This document shows positions 1-9,353 of a stretch of DNA of 64,000 bases, piece after piece. A model generated the notes under the pieces. It was not told the DNA's origin. It did not search any database and saw only the letters and a program-made list of their open reading frames with translations. Within the stretch, counting starts at the first letter, position 1. The number at the start of each line of letters is the position of its first letter. A program made the position numbers and the translations under genes. The stretch is from Chlorokybus atmophyticus (lineage: Eukaryota > Plantae > Mesostigma and Chlorokybus algae). The stretch is taken from the NCBI GenBank assembly GCA_009103225.1, contig RHPI01001116.1, forward strand, positions 62,001 to 126,000, written 5' to 3'.

Positions 1-490
1 ATTGTGACAGACTTCACTCATGGTAGTGTCTTTTACTACCATAGCCTAGTGGTCGGGCCCCAATTGTTACAATGGTATTGGAGCTTGAGACCGAAAACGT
101 CCTGAGATCGAAACCGCCTAGCGGCGGTAGACCTAGAAGGATTTTTGAGGTTGTTGTTATCGATTCATGAAGGGTTGCGCGTCAATGCGCGACTTGCCGG
201 ACGGCAGTCGGACATTCTGACGCGTCGCGCGTACCTGGAGCCGCCGCTGGGTAGTACCGCGCGACTTGCCTGACAACGGCTGACAATCGGTCACTCAGCG
301 GCGCAATGCGCGCTGCGACCGCTCAGTGATATTTGCAAAAAGTTACACTGCTCAGTGACGAGAAGCTCTGTAAAAACTCACATGAGGACATTAGATACCT
401 AAGTGGGGGGAATGTCACGGACGACTAAATAATAACGCCACAATGGCCACAAAGCACACTTCGTGCTTTGTGGCCTAGTGGTTTGTTACA
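1..490 (+). mobile_element. TRIM-like miniature LTR retroelement 1 (5' LTR cut by window edge; 3' LTR is a different, related sequence)
   Basis: LTR end ...TGTTACA at 71, then PBS-like TGGTATTGGAGC (73-84; iMet-type is TGGTATCAGAGC). Non-coding interior of ~340 nt, PPT AAGTGGGGGGAA (401-412), then a 78-bp TGTCAC...TGTTACA unit (413-490). Confidence 0.75.
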
Positions 491-491
491 T

Positions 492-1004
492 TGTTACAAT
501 TGGGGCCCGACCACTAGGCTATGGTAGTAAAAGACACTACCATGAGTGAAGTCTGTCACAATTTATCCCCATTTGTGACATTCCTCCCCAATTTAACCCA
601 TAAGTTCCTCATAATCCAATGAGGCACTAGCCCACATCGCCGTGTTCGCGACCGTACCACGATCGGTCTGCACGCGGCCTGTTTCGGATCCGGCCCACGA
701 ACGGTCCTGACCGACTGAACGAACGACCATCCTCACCGCGCGACCTGCCATCGCAGCGCGACCGCTCACGCGGCCTTAGGTTGAACTGGCTCAGCGCGCA
801 GGTCGTGATCCCGCGCCCAGCCTAGGGCAAGCCGCCCCAAATGTTTTGTTATTGCCTTGGATCTGCCTTAGTCCCCTACGGGAATTGACCCTGAGACGTC
901 AAGCTCTGTTACCATTGTAACAATTGGGGCCTGACCACTAGGCTATGGTAGTAAAAGACACTACCATGAGTGAGGTCTATCACAATTTATCCCAATTTGT
1001 GACA
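492..1004 (-). mobile_element. TRIM-like miniature LTR retroelement 2 (89-bp LTRs)
   Basis: Direct repeats 492-580 and 916-1004 (89 bp, about 5 mismatches) read TGTCAC...TGT(T/A)ACA on the minus strand. PBS-like TGGTAACAGAGC (rc 903-914), PPT TGGGGAGGAA (rc 581-590), 335-nt non-coding interior. Confidence 0.85.
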
Positions 1005-1505
1005 CACAAGCCAGTCGAAAATGGCTGTTTGCGTTTTGGGAGCAAACTCAGAAGGTCGAGCGAAAGCCTGAACAGGCGGTTCACTGCCATCACGTTGAAG
1101 GCGCTCGAGCATATTCAGAACACGTTTGCCTTCAATCATTTGTGTGTCTCCCAATGCCGCCCCACAAACGTGGTGAGCTTTGAGACTGTAGCTGCCATAT
1201 CAAAGAGGAAGTTAATGAGTGAGTCAATGGCCTCATGAGGATCCTCATCATAGGTGCCAAAGAAATGGTCCATAAAATTCTGTTTCGTTATGTGACCGGA
1301 AATTTTCAGGAGATGGTGGTGGAGGTGGGCCATCAGGCTCCATTAAGTCGTCCACGGTTGTACCCGCTTGCGATTCATCCGGTACAACATCTGGGTTTGG
1401 GACATCTTTCATGGAATGGTATTCCTCCTCACGGGATGGTTGCCCCTTTTCCGAATTTTCCGCTTTTGAGGTGGGCATCGAGTGCTTGTCCATTTGTCTG
1501 CACAA
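1005..1505 (-). pseudogene. Frameshifted ORF remnant of unknown family (possibly gag/ORF1-like), truncated by TRIM 2
   Basis: Three overlapping frames read as one protein-like text (MDKHS...PPPPPSPENF / FFGTYDEDPHEAIDSLINFLFD / IEGKRVLNMLERLQRDG...IFDW) that stops at the LTR edge at 1004. No family motif recognised. Confidence 0.35.
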
Positions 1506-1996
1506 CAGGCAAAATGGGATAGTGAGAATCTCACCAACGGAACAGGCTCAACAAAACAGTCGGATTGACCGTAAGTTGGCTTAAGTCTCAAACAGAGTCC
1601 AAACTAGTCTCGAATCAGGAATAGATGAATCCAACATATCACCAAATAGAAAAAGTCTGAATGGGATGATAAGGGCCCAACCTTAAAATAATCCCAAACA
1701 CAGTCCCGATTTTCAGCACTGAGGCAAAGAGGGAGTTGTTGGGACTACCCGGGTGAGGGGACAAATGTCCTAGTCCCGTCCCTCAAACTGTCCCAAACTG
1801 AGTCCGCAGTCTCTAGGCAAGAAGCCAGAGGGGGAGGGTTCAAAAACAGCCCCGAGGTGGATTTACGGACGGGGGTGTTGCCCACACAGATGAGTCGCAG
1901 CAGCAGGCAGTGATTGGCAATGGCAAAGCAATGATGATCAGCAATCACTAACTATGCACTGCAATAACTGTGCAACAATCACTGCGTGCAACTTAA

Positions 1997-2200
1997 TGAC
2001 AGTGCAATCATGGTGTGACAAGCAGTGATAAAGTGCACTAGCAAGCCCACACACACACATGCACTGGCAAGCACTGATAGGCAGCGATAGTCAATGACAG
2101 TGCGGTGGCATGACAAGCAGTGAATATACACAAACAAGCACATGCACACGCACGCCCTGGCAAGCACACGCAAGCACGGACAACTCGCTAAATGACAGTG
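1997..2200. repeat. Degenerate ~96-bp tandem repeat (about 2 units)
   Basis: AATGACAGTGC recurs near 1997, 2093 and 2189; ..GACAAGCAGTGA.. and ..CTGGCAAGCAC.. recur in register. Confidence 0.6.
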
Positions 2201-2365
2201 CACCTCTCATGTCGGCGGCGGTATCGGCTATTGCTCAACGTAGAGGTGACGCAGGGAAGCAAACTTGAAAGGCTGGTGGCGCGGACGAATGGTGAGGTAG
2301 CTGCCGCCGCCGGCGATTAATGCAAAGCAAGGTGCCGCCGCCAATAAGTAGTCACATCACCCATC

Positions 2366-2428
2366 AGCTCCGATACTAATGTAACAGATGCCGGCGTCGC
2401 CGCTGACAACCCTTCAATCCTCCACCCC
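2366..2428 (-). mobile_element. PPT - 29-bp mini-LTR - PBS junction of an LTR-retroelement remnant
   Basis: The minus strand reads purine tract GGGGTGGAGGATTGAAGGGT, then TGTCAGCGGCGACGCCGGCATCTGTTACA (2408-2380), then T and PBS-like TAGTATCGGAGC. Confidence 0.5.
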
Positions 2429-2839
2429 AACACCCACACCGCCAGCAACAAGCCTGTCAAGTCGCTGGCAGCATGACGCTGCGGCAGATATCAACCCTGC
2501 AGATGGGGTAACCATTGGAAATCTGGTGTGAGCCAATCAAAGCTCAGATACCTAACGATAAAGTACCTATCGCAATAGCTGGCTATAGTAATATGCTTGA
2601 ATAGGCGGTCCTACACCCGTTGGGACTTATATCAAATACTAAAATTGAATATAAGCGAGGAACCGTAGAAAAGAGGTGTAAATAACTATACATATTAACA
2701 CAAATGAAGCTCGTGTAGCCAATTTAGGTCGTAATAATGTCCCCGATACTATTGCTCCCGTTACAATGCATGTTGTGCTTGCGCCACAGACCTGTGTCAT
2801 GCAGCGCTTTTGCAGTGCATGTTTTGATTGAGGTTAGGT

Positions 2840-3033
2840 TACATGGGTTTGGTGATGGGCATGTGTGTGGCCATCTCTTACGCGGGCGCGCTTTGCACGC
2901 GATCCCCGCGTCATTGTCATCGTTTGGTGGTGTTGCAACTGTTGGAGTCAGACACCTTGTACATCTGTGCCGGTGGAGTGCTCATATGTCACTTCATTGC
3001 GGCAACATCGCCAGCATGCGCTTTCAGGGTGGC
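2840..3033 (-). mobile_element. 3' end of decayed Penelope-like element (copy B, fragment 3)
   Basis: Continues the thumb-domain text across the Gypsy TSD (AKELPP*KRMLAML). Carries the same GCGTGCAAA hairpin (2881-2915) as the 3' end of copy A at a similar distance (~120-130 nt) from the ORF end. Confidence 0.5.
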
Positions 3034-3893
3034 TGTAACGTGGGACACACACTTACCTGCTCGTGTATGTGACATACTTGTGCACACGCACAAGAACTTC
3101 TTCACAACATACCACGGTGCAGCACCTTGTTGAAGGTATGACCAGCACCGCAACGGGATGGAGAGGATGCACAACAAACCCTCCAATCAGCTTACACACA
3201 TTCAAGCACACCCTACTCACGTGCAAGGCTGCTACGGACACTACACCCCACTTGGGATGAGAGGGAGAGCCCCTTGAACAACTGAACTGAAATAGGCACC
3301 CCACACACAAGAGTCGAGTATGCACATGCTGAGCTGCCTCAACACTTGTTGAGGCCGTTCATATACCCCCTCTTTGCTGCTCTCCGACCTAGAACAACCA
3401 TGTCCAAGGCTACTTGCCTTGTCATGGCTGCGTTGACCTATACTCATGCCTAGGAGCTGCCACATCAGCCCTAGGACATCTTGTCAACGCCCAAGACTGA
3501 TCACACATCAGCCTCGGACATTGTGAACGCCCAGGGCTGGTCACATCAGTCTAGGACCTCATACATATCCATACATATGCGGACATATGCATACACATGC
3601 ATACATCCCTCATATCCGCACATATGAACTCATATGCGGACACATGCATGCATATGCAACCATATGCATATACATGCGGACATATGACACCGACCAGCTC
3701 TGTACTTGCTAGTAGACAGTGCCTATGTGTAGCTACAACGCCCTTGCACATCAAGTGCACAAGAACTAACTTCATGAGCACATATGCCAAGTACTACACA
3801 ACTTGACTATACGGGATCCTCACTTAGTTCTTCTTACTTACCACATAAGTAAGGAACATGAGAGTGACTTTTGCCAGCCTTGTGGGCGTGACA
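3034..3893 (-). repeat. 3' LTR of the Gypsy element (860 bp)
   Basis: Direct repeat of 8312-9171 with about 13 substitutions by manual alignment. Contains internal ~40-bp and CATATGC repeats. Confidence 0.97.
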
Positions 3894-4169
3894 TTCCTCC
3901 CCACTTGCATTGCAACTCCCATGTAGCAAACAATGGAGCTCATTGCCCCGCACGATGATTGCCAGCCAGGTTGGCCAAGCCTGCTGAACCATCGCACACT
4001 ACGCGTAAAATAAAATGCAAGTCGCGGGAGTGACAACCAACTCTGATACTAAGTACCAGTGCGCGCGTATTGGCATGTCACATAGAAGAGAAAGTTGTGC
4101 GTGTTTGTACGCCTATGTTGCAACCCGAGCACATGCTCTCAAGTGGCACCTATGGATTTGAGCTCACTC

Positions 4170-6907
4170 TCAAACTCACCCATCTTGTCAGCACAGTTTT
4201 TCACGTTGGAAATAGGCTCCCAGGTGTTATGCTGTTCGCCATAACCAAGCCACTTGACAAGATATTCAGTGCGGAATGTCTTCTTGTACTTCCGGACCTC
4301 TTGCCAACATCTGCCTTAACCTCATACTCGAGGTCTCCCTCTACCTCACATGGAGGTGGAGGAGGCTGCACCGGGCCATCACTTCTGTATGGCTTCAACA
4401 GTGCCTCATGGAACACACTGTGGATTCGCATGCTCTTTGGCAATTCAAGCCTAAAGGCACGGTCACAATAGCTGCTGTGATTGTGAACGGCCCTAGCCAC
4501 CTGGGTAGAAGTTTGCGCACACCACTAGTCTTGAGTCTAATGTGCTTAGAACTCAGCAAGACCTTGTCTCCTTCTTTAAGACCAGCACTAGGCTTGCGCT
4601 GCCGATCAGCATACATCTTTTGCCAATCTTGGGCTGTTCTCAAGCAGTCCTTGGCACTTGCCAATGCAGCATGCATCTGCTCTGTAAAGTCTCTAGCTGT
4701 TGGCACTTTGCTAAATGGCTGAACTTGCAGAGACATTGGTGTCAACGGATGACGACCATAGTTGGGAAAGAACGGAGTGCTGTGCGTTGACTCTTGCCAT
4801 GCATTCTTTACAGCAAACTTGGCCAATGCAAGGTGCACATCCCAGTCATCAAACTTGGGTGACGTGTAGTGGCGCAGCACGTCTTTAAACACCTGGTTTG
4901 CACGCTTCGTCTGTCCATCGCTCTGTGGATGGTAAGCGGTGCTCAAGCTCTGCGTAGTTCCCAAGTATTGGCACACAGCCTGCCAGAACTGACTGGTAAA
5001 CCTGGGATCACGGTCTGATACCAACTTTTTGGGTACACCATGCAGTTTGAACACCTTGTTCACAAAAGCATACGCAAACTCTTGCGCGCTCACATCTGTG
5101 CGGCTCGAACCAGACCATCTTAGTCAACCGAACAAAGACAATGATGGCATCATGCCCTTGTTTTGTCTCGAGCAGATCTGTGATCAGATCCATGCTAACA
5201 CTTTCCCATTGATAGCTTGGGATAGCCAACAGCTTAAGTAGCCCTGCTGGCTTGCGTTGTGAGGCCTTGTCACGTTGACAAGTTTCACAACTTTGCACAT
5301 ACTTGGTTGCATCAGCAACAAATGTCGGCCACCAGTACTGTCGCTGCAGTAACTTGATACTCTTGGTCATGCCCATGTGACCGCTGTATACAGCATTGTG
5401 TGCCTCAAACAAGCATTCTTGCCTAAGTCCGAGTGCATCTGGCACAATCAACTTGCCCTCGCGGTACCACAACCCTTTGTGACAAGTGATCTTGTCGTCT
5501 CCTTGCTTGAGCAGCTCGGCAAACCAGTGTCAAGTGCATAAGCCCGTGGTAGACGTGCCACAAGTCTTCAACATCAACAGCCAATGGGTCCTCCCCACTT
5601 GCATTGGAAGCTACCATTGGTGCATCACCGCTGGCTGCCTCACTTGCAACTGGCAACTCACATGTTGCTGGCTGCGTTGATGTACAAGCACCTGTGTCAT
5701 CAGACTGTGCCCACCCTTGACTGTGTGCACGTGCACGAGTCGTTGCTGCCAATAAGAAAGGCGAGCAACTCAAGGGATCTGCCACAGTCACCCTACCTGA
5801 ACGATACACCCAAGTAAAGTTGAAACGCGACAAAATTTCAGCCCACCTTGCTTGTCTTTGGGACAGGGTTGGTTGGGTCTGAAAGAAAACAAGTGGGTTG
5901 TGATCAGTAATTACCGTGAACCCACCTTCCACCCCTTCCAGATAGCAGCGCCACTCCTGTAGCGCATGGACCACTCCCAACAACTCTTGCTCAGTTGTGG
6001 TATAGTTTCTCTCAGCAGGAGAGAACTTGTTGCTCAAGTACGCAAGAGGGTGTCCATTCTGAAGCAACACAACTCCCGTGCCATTTAGAGATGCATGTGC
6101 TAATCACCTCAAAGGGCCTGGTGAAGTCTGGCAACTGTAACACAGGTGCTATCACCAAAGCCTCTTTGATAGAGTCCAAGGCAACCTGTTGCCCGTGTCC
6201 CCACCTCCACACAACCTTGTCACGTAGCAAGTTTGTGAGAGGAGCAACTCGCGATGAGTATCCAAGGATGTACTTCCAAAAATAGTTGCTTAGCCTCAAG
6301 AATGCTCGCAGCTCATGCACGTTTTTGGGTGCGGGCCATTCTTGGACCTTAGCAACCTTCTTGGGGTCAGGGCGCACGCCCTCCTTGCTTACAATGTGCC
6401 CCAAGAACTCAAGTTCCGTGTTCCGAAACTCACACTTGGGCATGTACGCAGCATTTCAACAACCTCACGCACATGTGTAACATGTGACTCAGGGTCTTTA
6501 CTGAAGACCATGATGTCATCCAAGTACACAAGTACTGTCTTCCCAATCAGCTTGTGAAACACATGGTTCATCATAGCTTGAAAGGTAGCTGGCGCATTCG
6601 TCAGCCCAAATGGCAGCACTTTGTACTGAAAGTGTCCCACAGGCGTTTCAAACGCTGTCTTGGGCACATCTTCCGGTGTGATCCGGATCTGGTGATACCC
6701 ACTGATCAAGTCCAAGGAGCTGAACACTGAGGCCCCGCTCAGTTGATCAAGCAAATCATCTATCCTTGGCGACGGATACCTATTCTTAATGGTAAGCTTG
6801 TTCAAGGCCCTATAGTCCACGCACATGCGCAGCCTGCCGTCCTTTTTAGATACGAACAGAATGGGTGCTCCAAAGGGAGAGCTACTTGGCTCAATCAATC
6901 CCTTCAC
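4170..6907 (-). pseudogene. Gypsy pol (RT, RNase H, integrase, chromodomain) with several frameshifts
   Basis: RT: LRMCVDYRALN, FSSLDLISGYHQI, PFGLTNAPATFQ, YLDD. RH: ERNYTTTEQELLGVV, TDHNPL. INT zinc finger: H-x5-GH...CETC. INT core: VSDRDPRFTS, HPQSDGQTKRAN (catalytic E appears as K). Chromodomain in the shifted frame: EYEV / EYLVKWLGYGEQHNTWEP. Confidence 0.95.
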
Positions 6908-7392
6908 AAGGCCCTGATTTGCCTCTCCATGTCCGCAAACTCAGCTGGACTTAGCCTATACACAGGCCTATATGGAGGTTGTCCTCCTGATACGAGAGGG
7001 ATAGTGTGCCACACTTCCCGCTCAGGAGGCAACTCAGGCAACTCAGCTTGAAACACATCAGAATACTCATGCAGCAGAGCGTCAGAAGTGCATTGTCCGG
7101 TGAGCTGCTAATAGTCTCACTGGGTGGAGTGGTGCCCTCATCGTTGGCAAGTGGCTTGACGAGGACCAGAAGAGGTTCAGCACCTTTCCGCACAGCTCTT
7201 TTCACCTGCATGGCACTCAACAACAGAGGGAACGGTGACACATCACTTGATGTGTCGCCGTGAGTAGAGGGCATGACATCACACCCTTCAGCTCTGAGGG
7301 TCACACGCCCTTGCCTTTTGCGCACGCTGCAAACTTTGCAGCGTGCCTTGAAGGCCAGTGTCTGCATCTGTGCGCAGGCCATTAGCACGCTC

Positions 7393-8013
7393 TTAACGAG
7401 CACCGAGAATGACATCAACACCTGGTACTTTAACTGGCACAACCAAGAACCTCAGTTGAGCATGGTAGCCTTGCACACGCAAAGACAGATGCACGGACCC
7501 TTTGACTGAGATCTCATGCTCATCAAGTGAGGTCACTGCCTCACTTGCCTTCTGTGACGGGTTCACACCCCCGTTGGCCTGCAACATAGCAGTCTCAAAC
7601 ACGTCAAGGCTTGCGACATCCTTGCCAGCAACATCAAGACGTGGGGAAGCCCCTTCCCACATGCGGGCAGCACATCCCCGCAAGTAGGATGCCAAAAGCG
7701 ACACCGCTTTGGCCTCAAGCCCAGGCAATACCTCAGCGGCATGCAACACACGCTTACAACCAGAAAGCCAGTCACGCACGGCAACACCAAGATCCTTGCC
7801 CTTCCCATCATGGGCACCGGAAAAGAATTCCAAGCGTGGCATCTTGTGGGTGTTTGCGGCTGCCATCTTGGCTAGCTGCTGCTCGTGTTGCTCCTTCATG
7901 GAGGCATTGGCCGTGACCATGGCTTGCACCTGGTTTTGCAGCTCCATCACTTGGGCCGCGAGTGCGTTGGCATTCGGATCGGTCGTTGTCGACGGAAAAT
8001 CTGCTCTACACAC
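7393..8013 (-). pseudogene. Gypsy gag N-terminus joined to a protease C-terminal remnant (internal deletion)
   Basis: Coiled-coil gag start (LAAQVMELQNQVQ...PRLEFFSG...AVRDWL) runs directly into protease-like VKGSVHLSLRVQGY...VDVILG. The gag C-terminus and the protease active-site motif are absent. Confidence 0.75.
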
Positions 8014-8311
8014 AAGCGCACAAGCACGTAATGAGTGTAGTGTTCAACACACACACGCGCGCACAAGTCCAGCTGTGCACGCAGCAAAACGCAGCAAAAA
8101 TGCACACAACTAGTGCGCAAATCAGCGTCAATACAACCCACACCGTGCATGCAAGTGTGCGTGCAGCTGGTGCAACCAACTACATGCACAATCAGCGTGC
8201 AAACACTGCCATGTAGCGCGTGCAAGCAAAGAATGCAACACACGCACCGTGTAGCAAGTGTACAAGCTGATGGGCAAGCATGCAAGGCTTGAAAACAAGC
8301 TCCGAGACCAA

Positions 8312-9171
8312 TGTAACATGGGACACACACTTACCTGCTCGTGTATGTCACATACTTGTGCACACGCACAAGAACTTCTTCACAACATACCACGGTGCAG
8401 CACCTTGTTGAAGGAATGACCAGCACCGCAACGGGATGGAGAGGATGCACAACAAACCCTCCAATCAGCTTACACACACTCAAGCACACCCTACTCACGT
8501 GCAAGGCTGCTACGGACACTACACCCCACTTGGGATGAGAGGGAGAGCCCCTTGAACAACTGAGCTGAAATAGGCACCCCACACACAAGGGTCGAGTATG
8601 CACATGCTGAGCTGCCTCAACACTTGTTGAGGCCGTTCATATACCCCCTCTTTGCTGCTCTCCGATCTAGAACAACCATGTCCAAGGCTACTTGCCTTGT
8701 CATGGCTGCGTTGACCTATACTCATGCCTAGGAGCTGCCACATCAGCCCTAGGACATCTTGTCAACGCCCAAGACTGATCACACATCAGCCTCGGACATT
8801 GTGAACGCCCAAGGCTGGTCACATCAGTCTAGGACCTCATACATATCCATACATATGCGGACATATGCATACACATGCATACATCCGTCATATCCGCACA
8901 TATGAACTCATATGCGGACACATGCATGCATATGCAACCATATGCATATACATGCGGACATATGACACCGACCAGCTCTGTGCTTGCTAGTAGACAGTGC
9001 CTATGTGTAGCTACAACGCCCTTGCACATCAAGTGCACAAGAACTAACTTCATGAGCACATATGCCAAGTACTACACAATTTGACTATACGGGATCCTCA
9101 CTTAGTTCTTCTTACTTACCACATAAGTAAGGAACATGAGAGTGACTTTTGCCAGCCCTGTGGGCGTGACG
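8312..9171 (-). repeat. 5' LTR of the Gypsy element (860 bp)
   Basis: Direct repeat of 3034-3893; the terminal base is mutated (GTGACG on the plus strand). Confidence 0.97.
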
Positions 9172-9353
9172 GTGGCAATTCTTTGGCATGTAAACCAGTG
9201 GGTAACAGTAGCTCCGTTGTTGCAGTGATGGAGTGGCATCTGTAGGAGCACACCTTGCTAAACCTTATGTACTGCGACTCCACCTCGCTACGTTTGATGT
9301 TGCGGGGAACATTCGACTCCAGTAGTGGCGCTCTGTATCGTATGATGTTCATA
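9172..9353 (-). mobile_element. Penelope-like RT thumb-domain fragment (copy B, fragment 2) between the Gypsy and CACTA insertions
   Basis: Translates as NIIRY...ESNVPRNIKRSEVESQYIRFSKVCSY, which aligns by eye with SSNLHKHCKRGVV*SQCIRFRHVCTF in copy A (~55730-55820). Confidence 0.65.

Larger units (their letters stand above)
3034..9171 (-). mobile_element. Ty3/Gypsy chromovirus LTR retrotransposon, full length but defective
   Basis: Two 860-bp LTRs, 5-bp TSD GTGGC (3029-3033 and 9172-9176), PBS TGGTCTCGGAGC (rc 8299-8310), PPT AAGTGGGGAGGAA (rc 3894-3906). Domain order is gag-PR-RT-RH-INT-chromodomain. Confidence 0.97.

Noticed and set aside
1-1004. Repeat-spacer-repeat pattern with palindromic repeats, suggestive of a CRISPR-like array
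   Set aside because: Repeats are 78-89 bp and spacers ~340 bp, orientation is mixed, PBS and PPT signals are present, and there are no cas genes in this eukaryotic context. Better explained as TRIMs.
3053-9084. Pairs of near-identical short ORFs at 3.0-3.8 kb and 8.3-9.1 kb
   Set aside because: They are translations of the two LTR copies, not duplicated genes.
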